64,000 nt of DNA from Candidatus Poseidoniaceae archaeon. GTDB lineage: Archaea > Thermoplasmatota > Poseidoniia > Poseidoniales > Poseidoniaceae. The DNA lies in contig JAOMOG010000001.1 of the NCBI GenBank assembly GCA_028353405.1, positions 24,717 to 88,716 on the forward strand, read 5' to 3'. Both the position numbers and the translations under genes were made by a program. Positions 43,421-53,148 of the stretch are shown piece by piece. Numbering within the stretch: the stretch's first letter is position 1; the number at the start of each line of letters is the position of its first letter. The notes beneath the pieces were generated by a model. The model searched no databases. It was given only the letters and a program-made list of their open reading frames with translations, and had not been told where the DNA came from.

Positions 43421-45523
43421 GTGGTTCGCTCATCGCTCAATATTCCATTAAAAAGTCTCCAAAAAGATGAATTGGTAGTGATGAGAACTGCCCATGTTAT
43501 TGGTGGAGGGTCACGTAGGAGATCTGTATTTCATCTCACAATAAGCGGTAGAGAGTTACTTCAACAACTAATAGATGATGGATTGGCTGAATCGCCGCTA
43601 AAAAAGGTTCAAAAACGAAAAAAAGCAGGTCAAATAATAGGTTCTGCCCCATCATTGAAACCACTATTTGGTAGAGATGAATTGTTAACGGTAATAGCCG
43701 AAGAGATGTCCAATTCCGGTTCACTTGTAATCAGCGGATTACCTGGAATTGGAAAAACATCATTGGTTAGAACGGCGCTTGATGAAATGGCGTTAAAGGG
43801 CTTTGATATTCACTGGGCGAGTTCTGGTGAATTTACAGATATTGGAAATTTGCTAACACAATGGGAGATTTCTGTTGATGGAGTTGAAGTCAGCGACCTT
43901 GATGCAGTTATCTCATTATTGAATAATAAAAAGCGAGTATTATTTATCGACGATATTCATATGATTCATCCTAGGCACATTGACGCAATCGAAAAGGTAT
44001 CATGTGCACTTGTAAACTCGGATGCAAAGATTCTCTTGGCGGGTAGAGAGCCGATGCCATTCGGTCATGATCTAACAAAAATAAAAATACCGTCTTTGCC
44101 AATCAGTGATGCTACAAATTTACTTGGGGATGAGATTGAACAACAACAAAAAGAGGAGATTGCCAAGAGATTAGGAGGCCATCCTCTCGCCTTATTATTG
44201 TATGATGAAGAAGCTGGATTACCAGAACAGGGTGCGGATGTCCAACAATATGTTGAGGAAGTTGTTTTAGCACATTTGGATGATGAATTACGTGATGATT
44301 TAGATCAATTGGTGATACTTCCAATGCCGGTAATGGCGACAAGCGCTCCGAATAGTGAGAGTATTGGATTGTTTGACGAATATGCTCTTTTACGTTGGAC
44401 TAAGAATGATGAGAAAATGGAAGTACAACATTTAGTTAGAAATGTGAGACGCTCATTGCTTGATGAAAAGACGCTGATAGAATTGCATAAGAAGGCGATT
44501 TTACATTGGCAGCAGAGTGCTAATAGCGATAAAGAAAAAGTAGTATTATTGTATCATCGGGTCGCTGCAGAAGATGAAAATTTGAAGTTCCATTTTGAGA
44601 GAGAAATAGAGGCTTTATTGCCAACTCAAAGTGCAGCTGTTTCAGTTATTTTACAAGAAGCATTGAACATCTATCACGATGATGTTGATCTGCACTATAT
44701 GGCTGCTCACGTTGCGATTCAAAGAGGTGAGTCCGAGCATGCAGAGAAACATTTACAACATTTGATAGATGATTCAAGGGGTGCAGAAATAGCCCTCTCT
44801 ATTTCATTGCAACAAGGTAGAATCTCCGAGGCGGATGAATTGATTAGAGATGGGCTGGAACTGGCTGATCCAGAAGAAAAAACCCGCCTCGCTATCGCTG
44901 CTGCAAGCCGTTGCCTAGATGATAGAATTGATGCAGCACATAATCCAGATATTACTAAACAAATCAAGCAATTATTGAAACATATTACGATGCCGAAGCA
45001 ACCTGAAAAACGTACTGCCGTATTGATCTCAATGTCGATAATAAAGCATTCAGTGGCATTATTGGATAATAATTTTAAAGATGCTACTGAAATTCGAAAA
45101 ACCCTTTCTGAAATAGGCGGTATTGACAATGGAATACTATTGGCATTAGAAATTAAAGCACAGTTAGCCGAAACGAAAAGAAATCTAAAAAACCTTGAGA
45201 AGGTAATTGAACTCGCAGATAATGCTATTGAAAAGCAACCCTCAAAACTACATTCAGATGCTTTGAGAATGAGTATTGTTGAATCACTAGTGGAACTTGA
45301 TATGGCTCATGCGGAGAATATTTTCAATGACATTTCACCTCCACAAAAGAGCCATATTATCTCTGCCCAAAAACGTTTGAATGCGCGATGGTGGACGATG
45401 AAATCTATTCTCAACCCAGCGATGACAATCGTTGCTTTGCGTGAAGCGATATCATTGAATAAATCGACAGGTTGCCACCATGCAGCAAAACAATTGACTG
45501 CAAGATTGCACAAATTACTTTGA
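43421..45523 (+). CDS. wHTH + P-loop NTPase (STAND/Arch_ATPase-like) + helical-repeat protein; the true N-terminus probably lies upstream of 43421
   Basis: 'LFGRDELLTVIAEEMSNSGSLVISGLPGIGKTSL' (Walker A) and 'RVLFIDDIHM' (Walker B), with a long alpha-helical C-terminus. The wHTH continues in frame upstream to 43286 without a canonical start codon. Confidence 0.7.
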   Translation: MVRSSLNIPLKSLQKDELVVMRTAHVIGGGSRRRSVFHLTISGRELLQQLIDDGLAESPLKKVQKRKKAGQIIGSAPSLKPLFGRDELLTVIAEEMSNSGSLVISGLPGIGKTSLVRTALDEMALKGFDIHWASSGEFTDIGNLLTQWEISVDGVEVSDLDAVISLLNNKKRVLFIDDIHMIHPRHIDAIEKVSCALVNSDAKILLAGREPMPFGHDLTKIKIPSLPISDATNLLGDEIEQQQKEEIAKRLGGHPLALLLYDEEAGLPEQGADVQQYVEEVVLAHLDDELRDDLDQLVILPMPVMATSAPNSESIGLFDEYALLRWTKNDEKMEVQHLVRNVRRSLLDEKTLIELHKKAILHWQQSANSDKEKVVLLYHRVAAEDENLKFHFEREIEALLPTQSAAVSVILQEALNIYHDDVDLHYMAAHVAIQRGESEHAEKHLQHLIDDSRGAEIALSISLQQGRISEADELIRDGLELADPEEKTRLAIAAASRCLDDRIDAAHNPDITKQIKQLLKHITMPKQPEKRTAVLISMSIIKHSVALLDNNFKDATEIRKTLSEIGGIDNGILLALEIKAQLAETKRNLKNLEKVIELADNAIEKQPSKLHSDALRMSIVESLVELDMAHAENIFNDISPPQKSHIISAQKRLNARWWTMKSILNPAMTIVALREAISLNKSTGCHHAAKQLTARLHKLL

Positions 45524-45757
45524 TTACAATTCTGCACCGAGAAGAGTTTTTGTATCTGCAATTCCTTCTATTGGGCGTATCTCTTCTACAATACACCGTG
45601 TAAGAGAGAATTCATCATCAGATTGGATTCGGGCAATGATGTCATATTCACCGAATAACATCCAGCGAGAAGTAACTAACTCTATTCCATCAAGTTTGTC
45701 TCGAACATCTTGCTCTTTTCCAGGTATAGTCGTAATTAATACAAATCCAATAGCCAT
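45524..45757 (-). CDS. Stand-alone Lrp/AsnC ligand-binding (RAM) domain protein
   Basis: 'FVLITTIPGKEQDVRDKLDGIELVTSRWMLFGEYDIIARIQSDD...IEGIADTKTLL'. Confidence 0.75.
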   Translation of the reverse strand: MAIGFVLITTIPGKEQDVRDKLDGIELVTSRWMLFGEYDIIARIQSDDEFSLTRCIVEEIRPIEGIADTKTLLGAEL

Positions 45758-45766
45758 ATTATCACC

Positions 45767-46018
45767 TCAGTTCTCCACTGCAATCAAAGTTTGAGTTTCG
45801 CGAACACCTTTGATTTGACGAAATTCTCCCATCAACATTGAAGTTAGATTTTTTGCTGAATCTGCAGAGACACGAATTAGCATGTCAAACTCGCCATATA
45901 GTGCATGAACTTCTGCAACATTAGCATGATTGGTAAGTGCAAGATATACTTCTCTCTCGCACGATGGCTCGGTCTTGAACAGAACAAATGCTTCGGGCAC
46001 AAATCTTCCACCGACCAC
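45767..46018 (-). CDS. Stand-alone Lrp/AsnC ligand-binding (RAM) domain protein (tandem paralog)
   Basis: 'AFVLFKTEPSCEREVYLALTNHANVAEVHALYGEFDMLIRVSADS...IKGVRETQTLI'. GTG start. Confidence 0.7.
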   Translation of the reverse strand: MVGGRFVPEAFVLFKTEPSCEREVYLALTNHANVAEVHALYGEFDMLIRVSADSAKNLTSMLMGEFRQIKGVRETQTLIAVEN

Positions 46019-46119
46019 TTGGTCTTATTGATTGCTCTTTGTTGAATTGTAATTTTGGATGATTATTTTGATATCAACAAAGGGAACTATTGAAATGCTA
46101 TTTCATCCGGACTAGTAGC

Positions 46120-49100
46120 ATGTTACATGCAAGTCGGGCACAGAGTATCGTTTTTGCAGTACTATTGATGCTGTTAGCCACTCCATTTTCATCGATGCTT
46201 AACAACACTGATTATTCCCAATCAAATTTTACTGACGAGTCTTCAGAACAAGTTTCAGCTAGGGCGCAAACCACTTGGTCGGGAACTCAAACTTTGACTT
46301 CATCGTACACAATTTCAGTGCAAGATGAATTAATTATCAGTGCATGTACAATAATTAAGATGGATGATAATGTTCGTATTTATGTGGATGGCCGTCTAAC
46401 CATAGAAGGAACAAATGCGTGCCCTGTTACAATGTCGGCTAACAGTTTAGGTGATCATGAAGGGATCCAATTCAATAGCAGTTCGACGGGTAGAGGCTCG
46501 GTTATTGACAATTTAACCATTGAAGATGCATTATATGGAATCACTATGTTTGGTGGAAACCCAATCATTCACAATTTGACAATAGTCAATCCAGACCGGG
46601 TTGGGATTGACATGTTCAATAATGCAGCACCTCAAATTTATGATTTATTTATTAATCAAGCAGGAAGAGATTTGCCATGGCAAAGCGATTGGAGATTTGG
46701 TTTGGGAGTTTCAGTCGGTGCAGGTTCAACTCCGATTATAATCGGAGCCCACTTCAGTGATATTCTGACAAGAGGCATCAACGTCTGGGGGGCAGCAGGA
46801 GGTATCTTTAGAAATATCACAATGGATAATGTTTCAGGTTCAAGTTGGGTAATGGCCGCTGGAGTATGGGTAGAGGATAGCGTACCTCTGTTAACCGATA
46901 TTACAATTGACAAATCAGATAATGGAATTGTCATTAGGCATGTGGATGATTCTGGCAATACCAGAGCGGTTGTGAAGAGGGCTGACATCTCTAATTCCAT
47001 GTATAGAGGGGTATATGTGGATAAGCAAAACCATACTAATTTCACAAATTATGAAACTGCAGATTTTACTGATTTAACCGTTACTGGAACTGGAGGACCT
47101 GGCGCACTGACCGGCAATATTGCTTATGCTGCGATAGAGGTTAATGCTACAGGTGCATGGTTTGAGAATACATTAGTAGACCAATCTACAACAGTAGGTG
47201 TTCGCTTATATTTCGTTGATTCTTCAACAACATTCCAAGATTTAGTAATTCGTGATTCGGGGGATACGGGTCAAGGACCGCATGATTCAGGCCTTGCAAT
47301 ACGTTCTTCATATTTCGCACCCACCTTCGATGGTTTGGAGATTTCAGGTTCATCAGGTTCTGCAATATATTCTAGTTCAGGTGGTGCAATGCAAGGAAGT
47401 GATTGGTATTTACACAATAATTCCAAACAAGGTTTGTTCATAGATTCTGCAACAGTCGTAGTTGAAGACATGGTGCTTGAAAACAATTCTTTCGCAGGCG
47501 CACACGTTCATGATTCTCGTTATGTCACACTGCAGAATGTAACTAGTCAATACAATGGAATCGCTGGAAGTGCAAGTAACCCTCAACAAACTGCAGGTTT
47601 AGTATTCACAAAAGCCAATGATATTGAATCAGTTTCAGGAGATGTGCGCTGTAGGGATTGTGATTCCTCTAACAATCAAGGCTCGGGAATCCATGTAGAA
47701 GATTCAGTAGACCTTTGGCTTGAAAACATCCATGTATTCGATAATAACGATTCATATGACCCAGTATTCATTGACAATGGAGGATTAACAATAGGACAGC
47801 AAGGTGGACAATTCCATCTTATAAATATTCAAATTGATACAGAAAGAAGTGGTCCTCAAAGCGGCCCTGCTCTGTATATTGAGCAAGCGGCTGGTGAGAT
47901 AGACATGCTTTCAATGAGTGGAAATCACACAGGTATTTATTGGAACGCCGACCATAATGGCAATCGTCTATCAAGTCTTAGTCGAAGTTATTTATCAGGT
48001 TCAGGTTGTTTGGATTTGAGTGATCATCCGAGCCTTTCCGGAATTGGTAATGTCATAACAAACGATTGTACAGGCTCGATAACAATGACCAATTCACAAG
48101 TAAATTGGTCTGGATTGACAGATTCCTCAGGTACAACAATTCTAACACTTGATTCCACTTCAGATCTGCATTTACATCAACCAAATAATGTTGCAATAGC
48201 ACAAGCAGTAATGGCTACTGGCGCAACAATTGACGAAGCATGGGACATGACTATTTGGGTATTAAACAATAATTCCAATGGTATTCCAAATGCATATGTA
48301 AATCTAACATTTGATCAGTTTGAGCCTTCAATCGATGAATATACAAATGACTTAGGGACTCTTTTCTTACCCGATTTCATTAGTCGTCGTTGGTCAAGCG
48401 TTGGAGTCAGCGCAGCAACAGTAGTGACCATAGAATGTGCTTATGATAGCATTAGTAATAGCACAAGTGTGACTTTAGATAGTGATAAAATAGCACCATG
48501 CATGCTTCCATTGGATAATCAAGCGCCATTCTTAATTTGGTCTACTCCAGAGGATAGTTCTGTTTATCCTTCACAAGGCGGGGTATTTTTCAATGCCTCC
48601 GACTCTTGGGACCTTGATGATGACGAGCTAACTTTTTCGTGGACAAGTGATCTAGATGGAGATGTTTTGGCATCATGCACAGGGCCGGGCAATCCTTTCA
48701 ATCCTAACAAGGGATTTGCATTCACTGCAAATTCTAACGGTGCCTGGGGCTGCAGTCTCTCAGATGGCATTCACACTATTACTTTGGAAATATGCGATGA
48801 CGCTGGCCATTGTGTAAGTGAACAGAGAGTAATTGAATTATCTAATCAAGCACCAGTAATTGTCTTTGATGTCACTCCCGGATTGACACCTTGGTCGGAA
48901 CTTGTAATTCCTCGGACCCAAAATGTTCTCTTCAACCTCACTGGAACTTTTGATCCAGAAGGCGATTCGCTGATTTGTTGGATTGAGCGTTCGTATCAAA
49001 ATGATGGCGTAGGCCAACAAAGCGGTTGTCCTACAGAGGTTTGGATAAACTTTTCAATGGCTGAAACAGTTCCTTCAACTTTTAACTTGGAAATCTACGC

Positions 49101-50982
49101 CTATGATGGTATTAATATCCCTCCATCTGAGTATATTATTCCAGTAGAATTGTACAATGAAGTTCCAGAACCTGAGTTCACATTAACTCGTCTTGGAAAT
49201 GCCAGTGAAGATGAAGTCACACTCGATGGTACTGCTACCATCGACCCAGAAGGTGACACCCTCGAAATCGAATACTGGTCGAACCTTGACGGACAACTAT
49301 CGTGGAACAATACCGAGGCAGGTAAAGTGTGGACCGGTTTCCTTTCACGAGGCATCCACTCTATAGAAATGAGAGTTGTCGATGACCGTCCTGAACATAT
49401 TAATTCAACGAGAGTAACTACTATGCTTGTTGACGTTGAAAACTCACTTCCACGTTCAGTTATCGATACGCCACTTGATTCATTAACATATGATTCATCA
49501 GAATTGATTTGGTTTTCTGCAAATGGTTCGGGTGATTTCGACTCATGGTGTGGTACTTTCCCAGATGGTGATTGGTACTGTGCTGATAATCAGCCTGCAG
49601 CAGGTTCAGAATTCCTAGTAGTAACATGGGAGAGTGATATCGATGGAAGACTTACTCCTGAAGGTGAGGATTGGTTGATTTTTGATGGTCGATTAAGTGC
49701 AGCAACGCACAATATTACTTTGAGCGTAGATGATGGAATACATTCTCCACAACTAATGACAATAGTTGTTGAAGTCACCCAATCAGCACCTGTACTAGGC
49801 TTGGTCACTCCAAGTGATGGGGATATGCTAAAGTCATCCGAAGTTGTCAATTGGGATGCTAAACAATCAGTAGATTATGATGGAGATGAGTTCGTAATGT
49901 CGGTTCGCAGTAATTTGCTTGACGACCCGATTCTAGAAGATGTAGATCCATTTGTAACTCATACGACCATGCTTCCATCCGGAACTCATACGATAGAGAT
50001 TACATTAACCGATTCCACAGATAGAACGAGAACAGAATTTATCACTTTGACAGTAAATCAATCAGATCCACAAGCCGTGCTGATTAGCCCTGAAAACCGA
50101 TTATCAATCGCTGCAGGCAATTCGATTTTACTAGAGGAAGAATCAACCGATGCAGATGATGATATGGTCACTCGTGAATGGAGATATTGGGCACCTGGTG
50201 CAACTTGGCCAGAAGTAATTTCAACCAATTCATTAGACACTTATTCCCTACCACCGGGAGAGCATCATCTATCACTCTATGTTGAAGATTCTAGAGGTGG
50301 ATGGGATGAAATACACGTAAATGTCACTATACAGTCTAGTTTGCCAAAATTAGATGCTAATTCTTTGATAATATCACCAGCATCATTAACGGCTGGAGTT
50401 AAAACCGAATTTAGTGTTTCAATCGTAATGGTAGATGAAGACGGAACAACTGATAATGTCAGAGCAACATTGACTCATGGAATACAATTCTGGGAAATCA
50501 ATATGTCATATTCAGGAGCGGATAATATCTGGGTTGGTACAGTTGAACTTACTGCAAACGATGTCGGTAGGCCTAATTTGAAAGTAATTGCCACCGATGG
50601 TGATAGTGTGGATGCGTCGTTTGATGAAGTCTCTAAAACGATAGTAGTAAGTGCAGGACAAGAAGATGTTAGAGTGATGACATTTGTAATCGCAGCAACC
50701 ACTTTGGTAGTTGTGTTTGGATTAATTGGATTCATAGCTAGTGCACGTCGTAAAAAGATTGCAGAATTAGACATGATCGAATCATGGGATGCCTTTGGGA
50801 AAAATAAGAAAACCACATCGACCCAATCTGATACTGAAAAAGCAGTACCTAAATTGGAAAGCGGATTAACTGATAGTGCCCATGAAGTAGAAGCAGAGGA
50901 AGCAGCAATTCCAGACATTGAAGAAGCCATGCTTGAACAGGAACCAAAACCAAAGGTTGAACTTGATTGGGACAATATTTGA
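46120..50982 (+). CDS. Giant surface protein: parallel beta-helix (PbH1/CASH-like) region + multiple PKD/Ig-like modules, C-terminal TM anchor and acidic tail
   Basis: Signal 'IVFAVLLMLLATPFSS'. Repeated 'N..I....GI' beta-helix rungs. 'DPEGD(S/T)L..(W/Y)' PKD-like modules. TM 'VMTFVIAATTLVVVFGLIGFIA'. Confidence 0.8.
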   Translation: MLHASRAQSIVFAVLLMLLATPFSSMLNNTDYSQSNFTDESSEQVSARAQTTWSGTQTLTSSYTISVQDELIISACTIIKMDDNVRIYVDGRLTIEGTNACPVTMSANSLGDHEGIQFNSSSTGRGSVIDNLTIEDALYGITMFGGNPIIHNLTIVNPDRVGIDMFNNAAPQIYDLFINQAGRDLPWQSDWRFGLGVSVGAGSTPIIIGAHFSDILTRGINVWGAAGGIFRNITMDNVSGSSWVMAAGVWVEDSVPLLTDITIDKSDNGIVIRHVDDSGNTRAVVKRADISNSMYRGVYVDKQNHTNFTNYETADFTDLTVTGTGGPGALTGNIAYAAIEVNATGAWFENTLVDQSTTVGVRLYFVDSSTTFQDLVIRDSGDTGQGPHDSGLAIRSSYFAPTFDGLEISGSSGSAIYSSSGGAMQGSDWYLHNNSKQGLFIDSATVVVEDMVLENNSFAGAHVHDSRYVTLQNVTSQYNGIAGSASNPQQTAGLVFTKANDIESVSGDVRCRDCDSSNNQGSGIHVEDSVDLWLENIHVFDNNDSYDPVFIDNGGLTIGQQGGQFHLINIQIDTERSGPQSGPALYIEQAAGEIDMLSMSGNHTGIYWNADHNGNRLSSLSRSYLSGSGCLDLSDHPSLSGIGNVITNDCTGSITMTNSQVNWSGLTDSSGTTILTLDSTSDLHLHQPNNVAIAQAVMATGATIDEAWDMTIWVLNNNSNGIPNAYVNLTFDQFEPSIDEYTNDLGTLFLPDFISRRWSSVGVSAATVVTIECAYDSISNSTSVTLDSDKIAPCMLPLDNQAPFLIWSTPEDSSVYPSQGGVFFNASDSWDLDDDELTFSWTSDLDGDVLASCTGPGNPFNPNKGFAFTANSNGAWGCSLSDGIHTITLEICDDAGHCVSEQRVIELSNQAPVIVFDVTPGLTPWSELVIPRTQNVLFNLTGTFDPEGDSLICWIERSYQNDGVGQQSGCPTEVWINFSMAETVPSTFNLEIYAYDGINIPPSEYIIPVELYNEVPEPEFTLTRLGNASEDEVTLDGTATIDPEGDTLEIEYWSNLDGQLSWNNTEAGKVWTGFLSRGIHSIEMRVVDDRPEHINSTRVTTMLVDVENSLPRSVIDTPLDSLTYDSSELIWFSANGSGDFDSWCGTFPDGDWYCADNQPAAGSEFLVVTWESDIDGRLTPEGEDWLIFDGRLSAATHNITLSVDDGIHSPQLMTIVVEVTQSAPVLGLVTPSDGDMLKSSEVVNWDAKQSVDYDGDEFVMSVRSNLLDDPILEDVDPFVTHTTMLPSGTHTIEITLTDSTDRTRTEFITLTVNQSDPQAVLISPENRLSIAAGNSILLEEESTDADDDMVTREWRYWAPGATWPEVISTNSLDTYSLPPGEHHLSLYVEDSRGGWDEIHVNVTIQSSLPKLDANSLIISPASLTAGVKTEFSVSIVMVDEDGTTDNVRATLTHGIQFWEINMSYSGADNIWVGTVELTANDVGRPNLKVIATDGDSVDASFDEVSKTIVVSAGQEDVRVMTFVIAATTLVVVFGLIGFIASARRKKIAELDMIESWDAFGKNKKTTSTQSDTEKAVPKLESGLTDSAHEVEAEEAAIPDIEEAMLEQEPKPKVELDWDNI

Positions 50983-51084
50983 AAACTATCTGCAAATACA
51001 ATGGTAAATCATTCGATTCAATTTAAATTAAAAATTAAGTTACAATGAAAACGGGCAAATCATTATTTCGTATTTGTATTTGGT

Positions 51085-51714
51085 ATGTGCATGGTAGAGA
51101 TTCTATGCCCCCATTGTGCTGAAGAAGTAGAGGTTGAACCAGAAAATGGTTCGGTTTTTGAATGTCCACATTGTGCTTCTGATTTTCAATTTGATTCAAC
51201 TCCAACAATTGAAGTTGATTACTCCGACAAATTTTGGGGGCTCGCCTTGGATACATCATATCCCGAGCATTGCTTGGATTACATTGCGCAAGTCGATGGC
51301 GAATTACCACAAAACCGCTTGATTGAAGTCAGCACGAACTCCCTTTCTTCTATAGGGTGGGTTGTATGTATGCTGATTAGCGTTCTCGCAATTCCTGTTG
51401 TAGTCATATGGATTCTTTCTCACGTCATAAAAAACTCAAAAAGTGAATATCAGCATTTTTTTGGGGTCCAACGTTGGCGCCATTATCTCGATCCCTCGGA
51501 GAAAGCAATCATCACCATTACAGATTACAAAAACGGTTCATTTCCGACGCAAGTGGCTTACTTAGAAGGGTCGCTGATGATTTCAAAGACTACCGGCAAT
51601 CTGGATAGTGGGCCGTTCTATAATCTCGAATTAAATTTGAAACAAAGCTTATGTTTTGGTGACAAAGAACTCGCCGAAAACTGTCGTGAGAATATCAGAA
51701 CTGCATTGCAGTAA
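51085..51714 (+). CDS. Zinc-ribbon + TM protein, unknown function
   Basis: 'CPHCAEEVEVEPENGSVFECPHCAS' is followed by TM 'IGWVVCMLISVLAIPVVVIWILS'. Confidence 0.55.
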   Translation: MCMVEILCPHCAEEVEVEPENGSVFECPHCASDFQFDSTPTIEVDYSDKFWGLALDTSYPEHCLDYIAQVDGELPQNRLIEVSTNSLSSIGWVVCMLISVLAIPVVVIWILSHVIKNSKSEYQHFFGVQRWRHYLDPSEKAIITITDYKNGSFPTQVAYLEGSLMISKTTGNLDSGPFYNLELNLKQSLCFGDKELAENCRENIRTALQ

Positions 51715-51781
51715 TCAAGATACAATTTTTCCGAGGGAACATCTGGCGAGAAAGGGAAGTGCTCGTACCGGAATTTAAAAC

Positions 51782-53041
51782 TCACAATAGTGAGCGATAA
51801 ATTGCTTCATAATCAGCTGCATTATGGTCATATGTATATTTGGATAAAACACGCTCTCGTCCAAGTTGTGCTTGACGAACTCTGCCCTCAGGGTCGTCTA
51901 AGGCAGCATTAACAGACCTTGCTAAATCACTTGGATTACCACATTCAAATAATCGTCCTACGGTTTCATCAATCATCTCAGTTAATGGTGCTTGATCAAC
52001 GGTTACAACTGGTGTTCCACTGGCTAATGATTCAAGAGGAATCAATCCCTGACCTTCATAATAACTTGGATAAACAACTAAATCAGCACTTCTGAAATGT
52101 TGTGCAAGATTCTCAAATGACATTCCACCTTTGATGAAAACAGCATGACCAACACCTAGTTTTTTCGCTTGCTTAAGCAGTGTTTTTCTCATATGCCCCC
52201 TTCCGATAATACACAGCCTCGCACCTGGATGTTTTGCAAGTATTTCTGGCATTGAGCGCAATAATGTAAGATGCCCTTTTCGGGCAACTAGGCGGCCTAC
52301 TGCCAATAATAGTGGAGTAGTCTTACTCGGTCTTCCGGACAGAGAATCTTCGTCCGCTGCATCGTATTCTTGACGTAATTTTTCATGGTCTAATTGCTCA
52401 TCTTCGTCATCATGGTTTAGTGGCCTAAACACAAGGTGATCAACACCGTAAAGAATTGTTTCACAGCGCCAATCTTCTTTCGGATTATACCAGCGCTTGA
52501 ATTCTTCTTTAGTCGAATTACTTATTGCAACAGATACTGATGATTCAAGAATTCCAGCCTTTTCATATCTGGCATACCAAGACCCAGTTGTTAGTATTGC
52601 CAAGTCGTTTGGATTCTTCCAAGTCGCCGCCTCGCGATGCTTTGCAGCAAGTTTCATTCCTTCTTTTTCACCGATCCATGAACCGTTTAATGCAGAAACT
52701 ACTGGTGCAATATTGTTTTCAACAAACCGATATTCCTTTCTTGTCCAAGAAACAAGCGGAAGCAATGTGTGCACAATATCGACCTTTTCTATTTTGTTTA
52801 AACGAGTTAATGCTTTCAATGCGTGCTTTCCATAAGAACGAGTAAATGCCATTGGCAACTTTAACCAAGGTACTTCAATTATTGCAACTCCTTGCTGAAC
52901 GGGTGCGATACCGCTATGTTTTCTTGTAATAATTGTAATTTTATGTCCTAATGATGCTAAATGCCCAGCGAGATGGAATACTACAGAGCCAATACCTCCC
53001 CATCTGGGAGGGTATTCACCTGATATCATCGCTATGTGCAT
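51782..53041 (-). CDS. Glycosyltransferase, GT4 family
   Basis: N-terminus 'MHIAMISGEYPPRWGGIGSV' and C-terminus 'PSYYEGQGLIPLESLASGTPVV'. Confidence 0.85.
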   Translation of the reverse strand: MHIAMISGEYPPRWGGIGSVVFHLAGHLASLGHKITIITRKHSGIAPVQQGVAIIEVPWLKLPMAFTRSYGKHALKALTRLNKIEKVDIVHTLLPLVSWTRKEYRFVENNIAPVVSALNGSWIGEKEGMKLAAKHREAATWKNPNDLAILTTGSWYARYEKAGILESSVSVAISNSTKEEFKRWYNPKEDWRCETILYGVDHLVFRPLNHDDEDEQLDHEKLRQEYDAADEDSLSGRPSKTTPLLLAVGRLVARKGHLTLLRSMPEILAKHPGARLCIIGRGHMRKTLLKQAKKLGVGHAVFIKGGMSFENLAQHFRSADLVVYPSYYEGQGLIPLESLASGTPVVTVDQAPLTEMIDETVGRLFECGNPSDLARSVNAALDDPEGRVRQAQLGRERVLSKYTYDHNAADYEAIYRSLL

Positions 53042-53148
53042 CAACCCTTCCACAATTGTTTAGCGTTTCAATATCACCTATCCAAGATTGCCTATCTAGC
53101 ATATTATCTCTCCAATGCCTTCAAGGGGTTTGCTCTTGTGGGCAGTAT

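Noticed and set aside
43180-43440. 86-aa minus-strand ORF between uvrC and the STAND-like gene
   Set aside because: It lies antisense to the in-frame wHTH extension of the + strand gene, has no motif, and would leave the HTH truncated. The + strand reading is far more meaningful.
50475-50975. 166-aa minus-strand ORF at the 3' end of the giant beta-helix/PKD gene
   Set aside because: It is a Ser/Ala-rich antisense translation with no start context. The + strand frame encodes a coherent TM anchor and tail.
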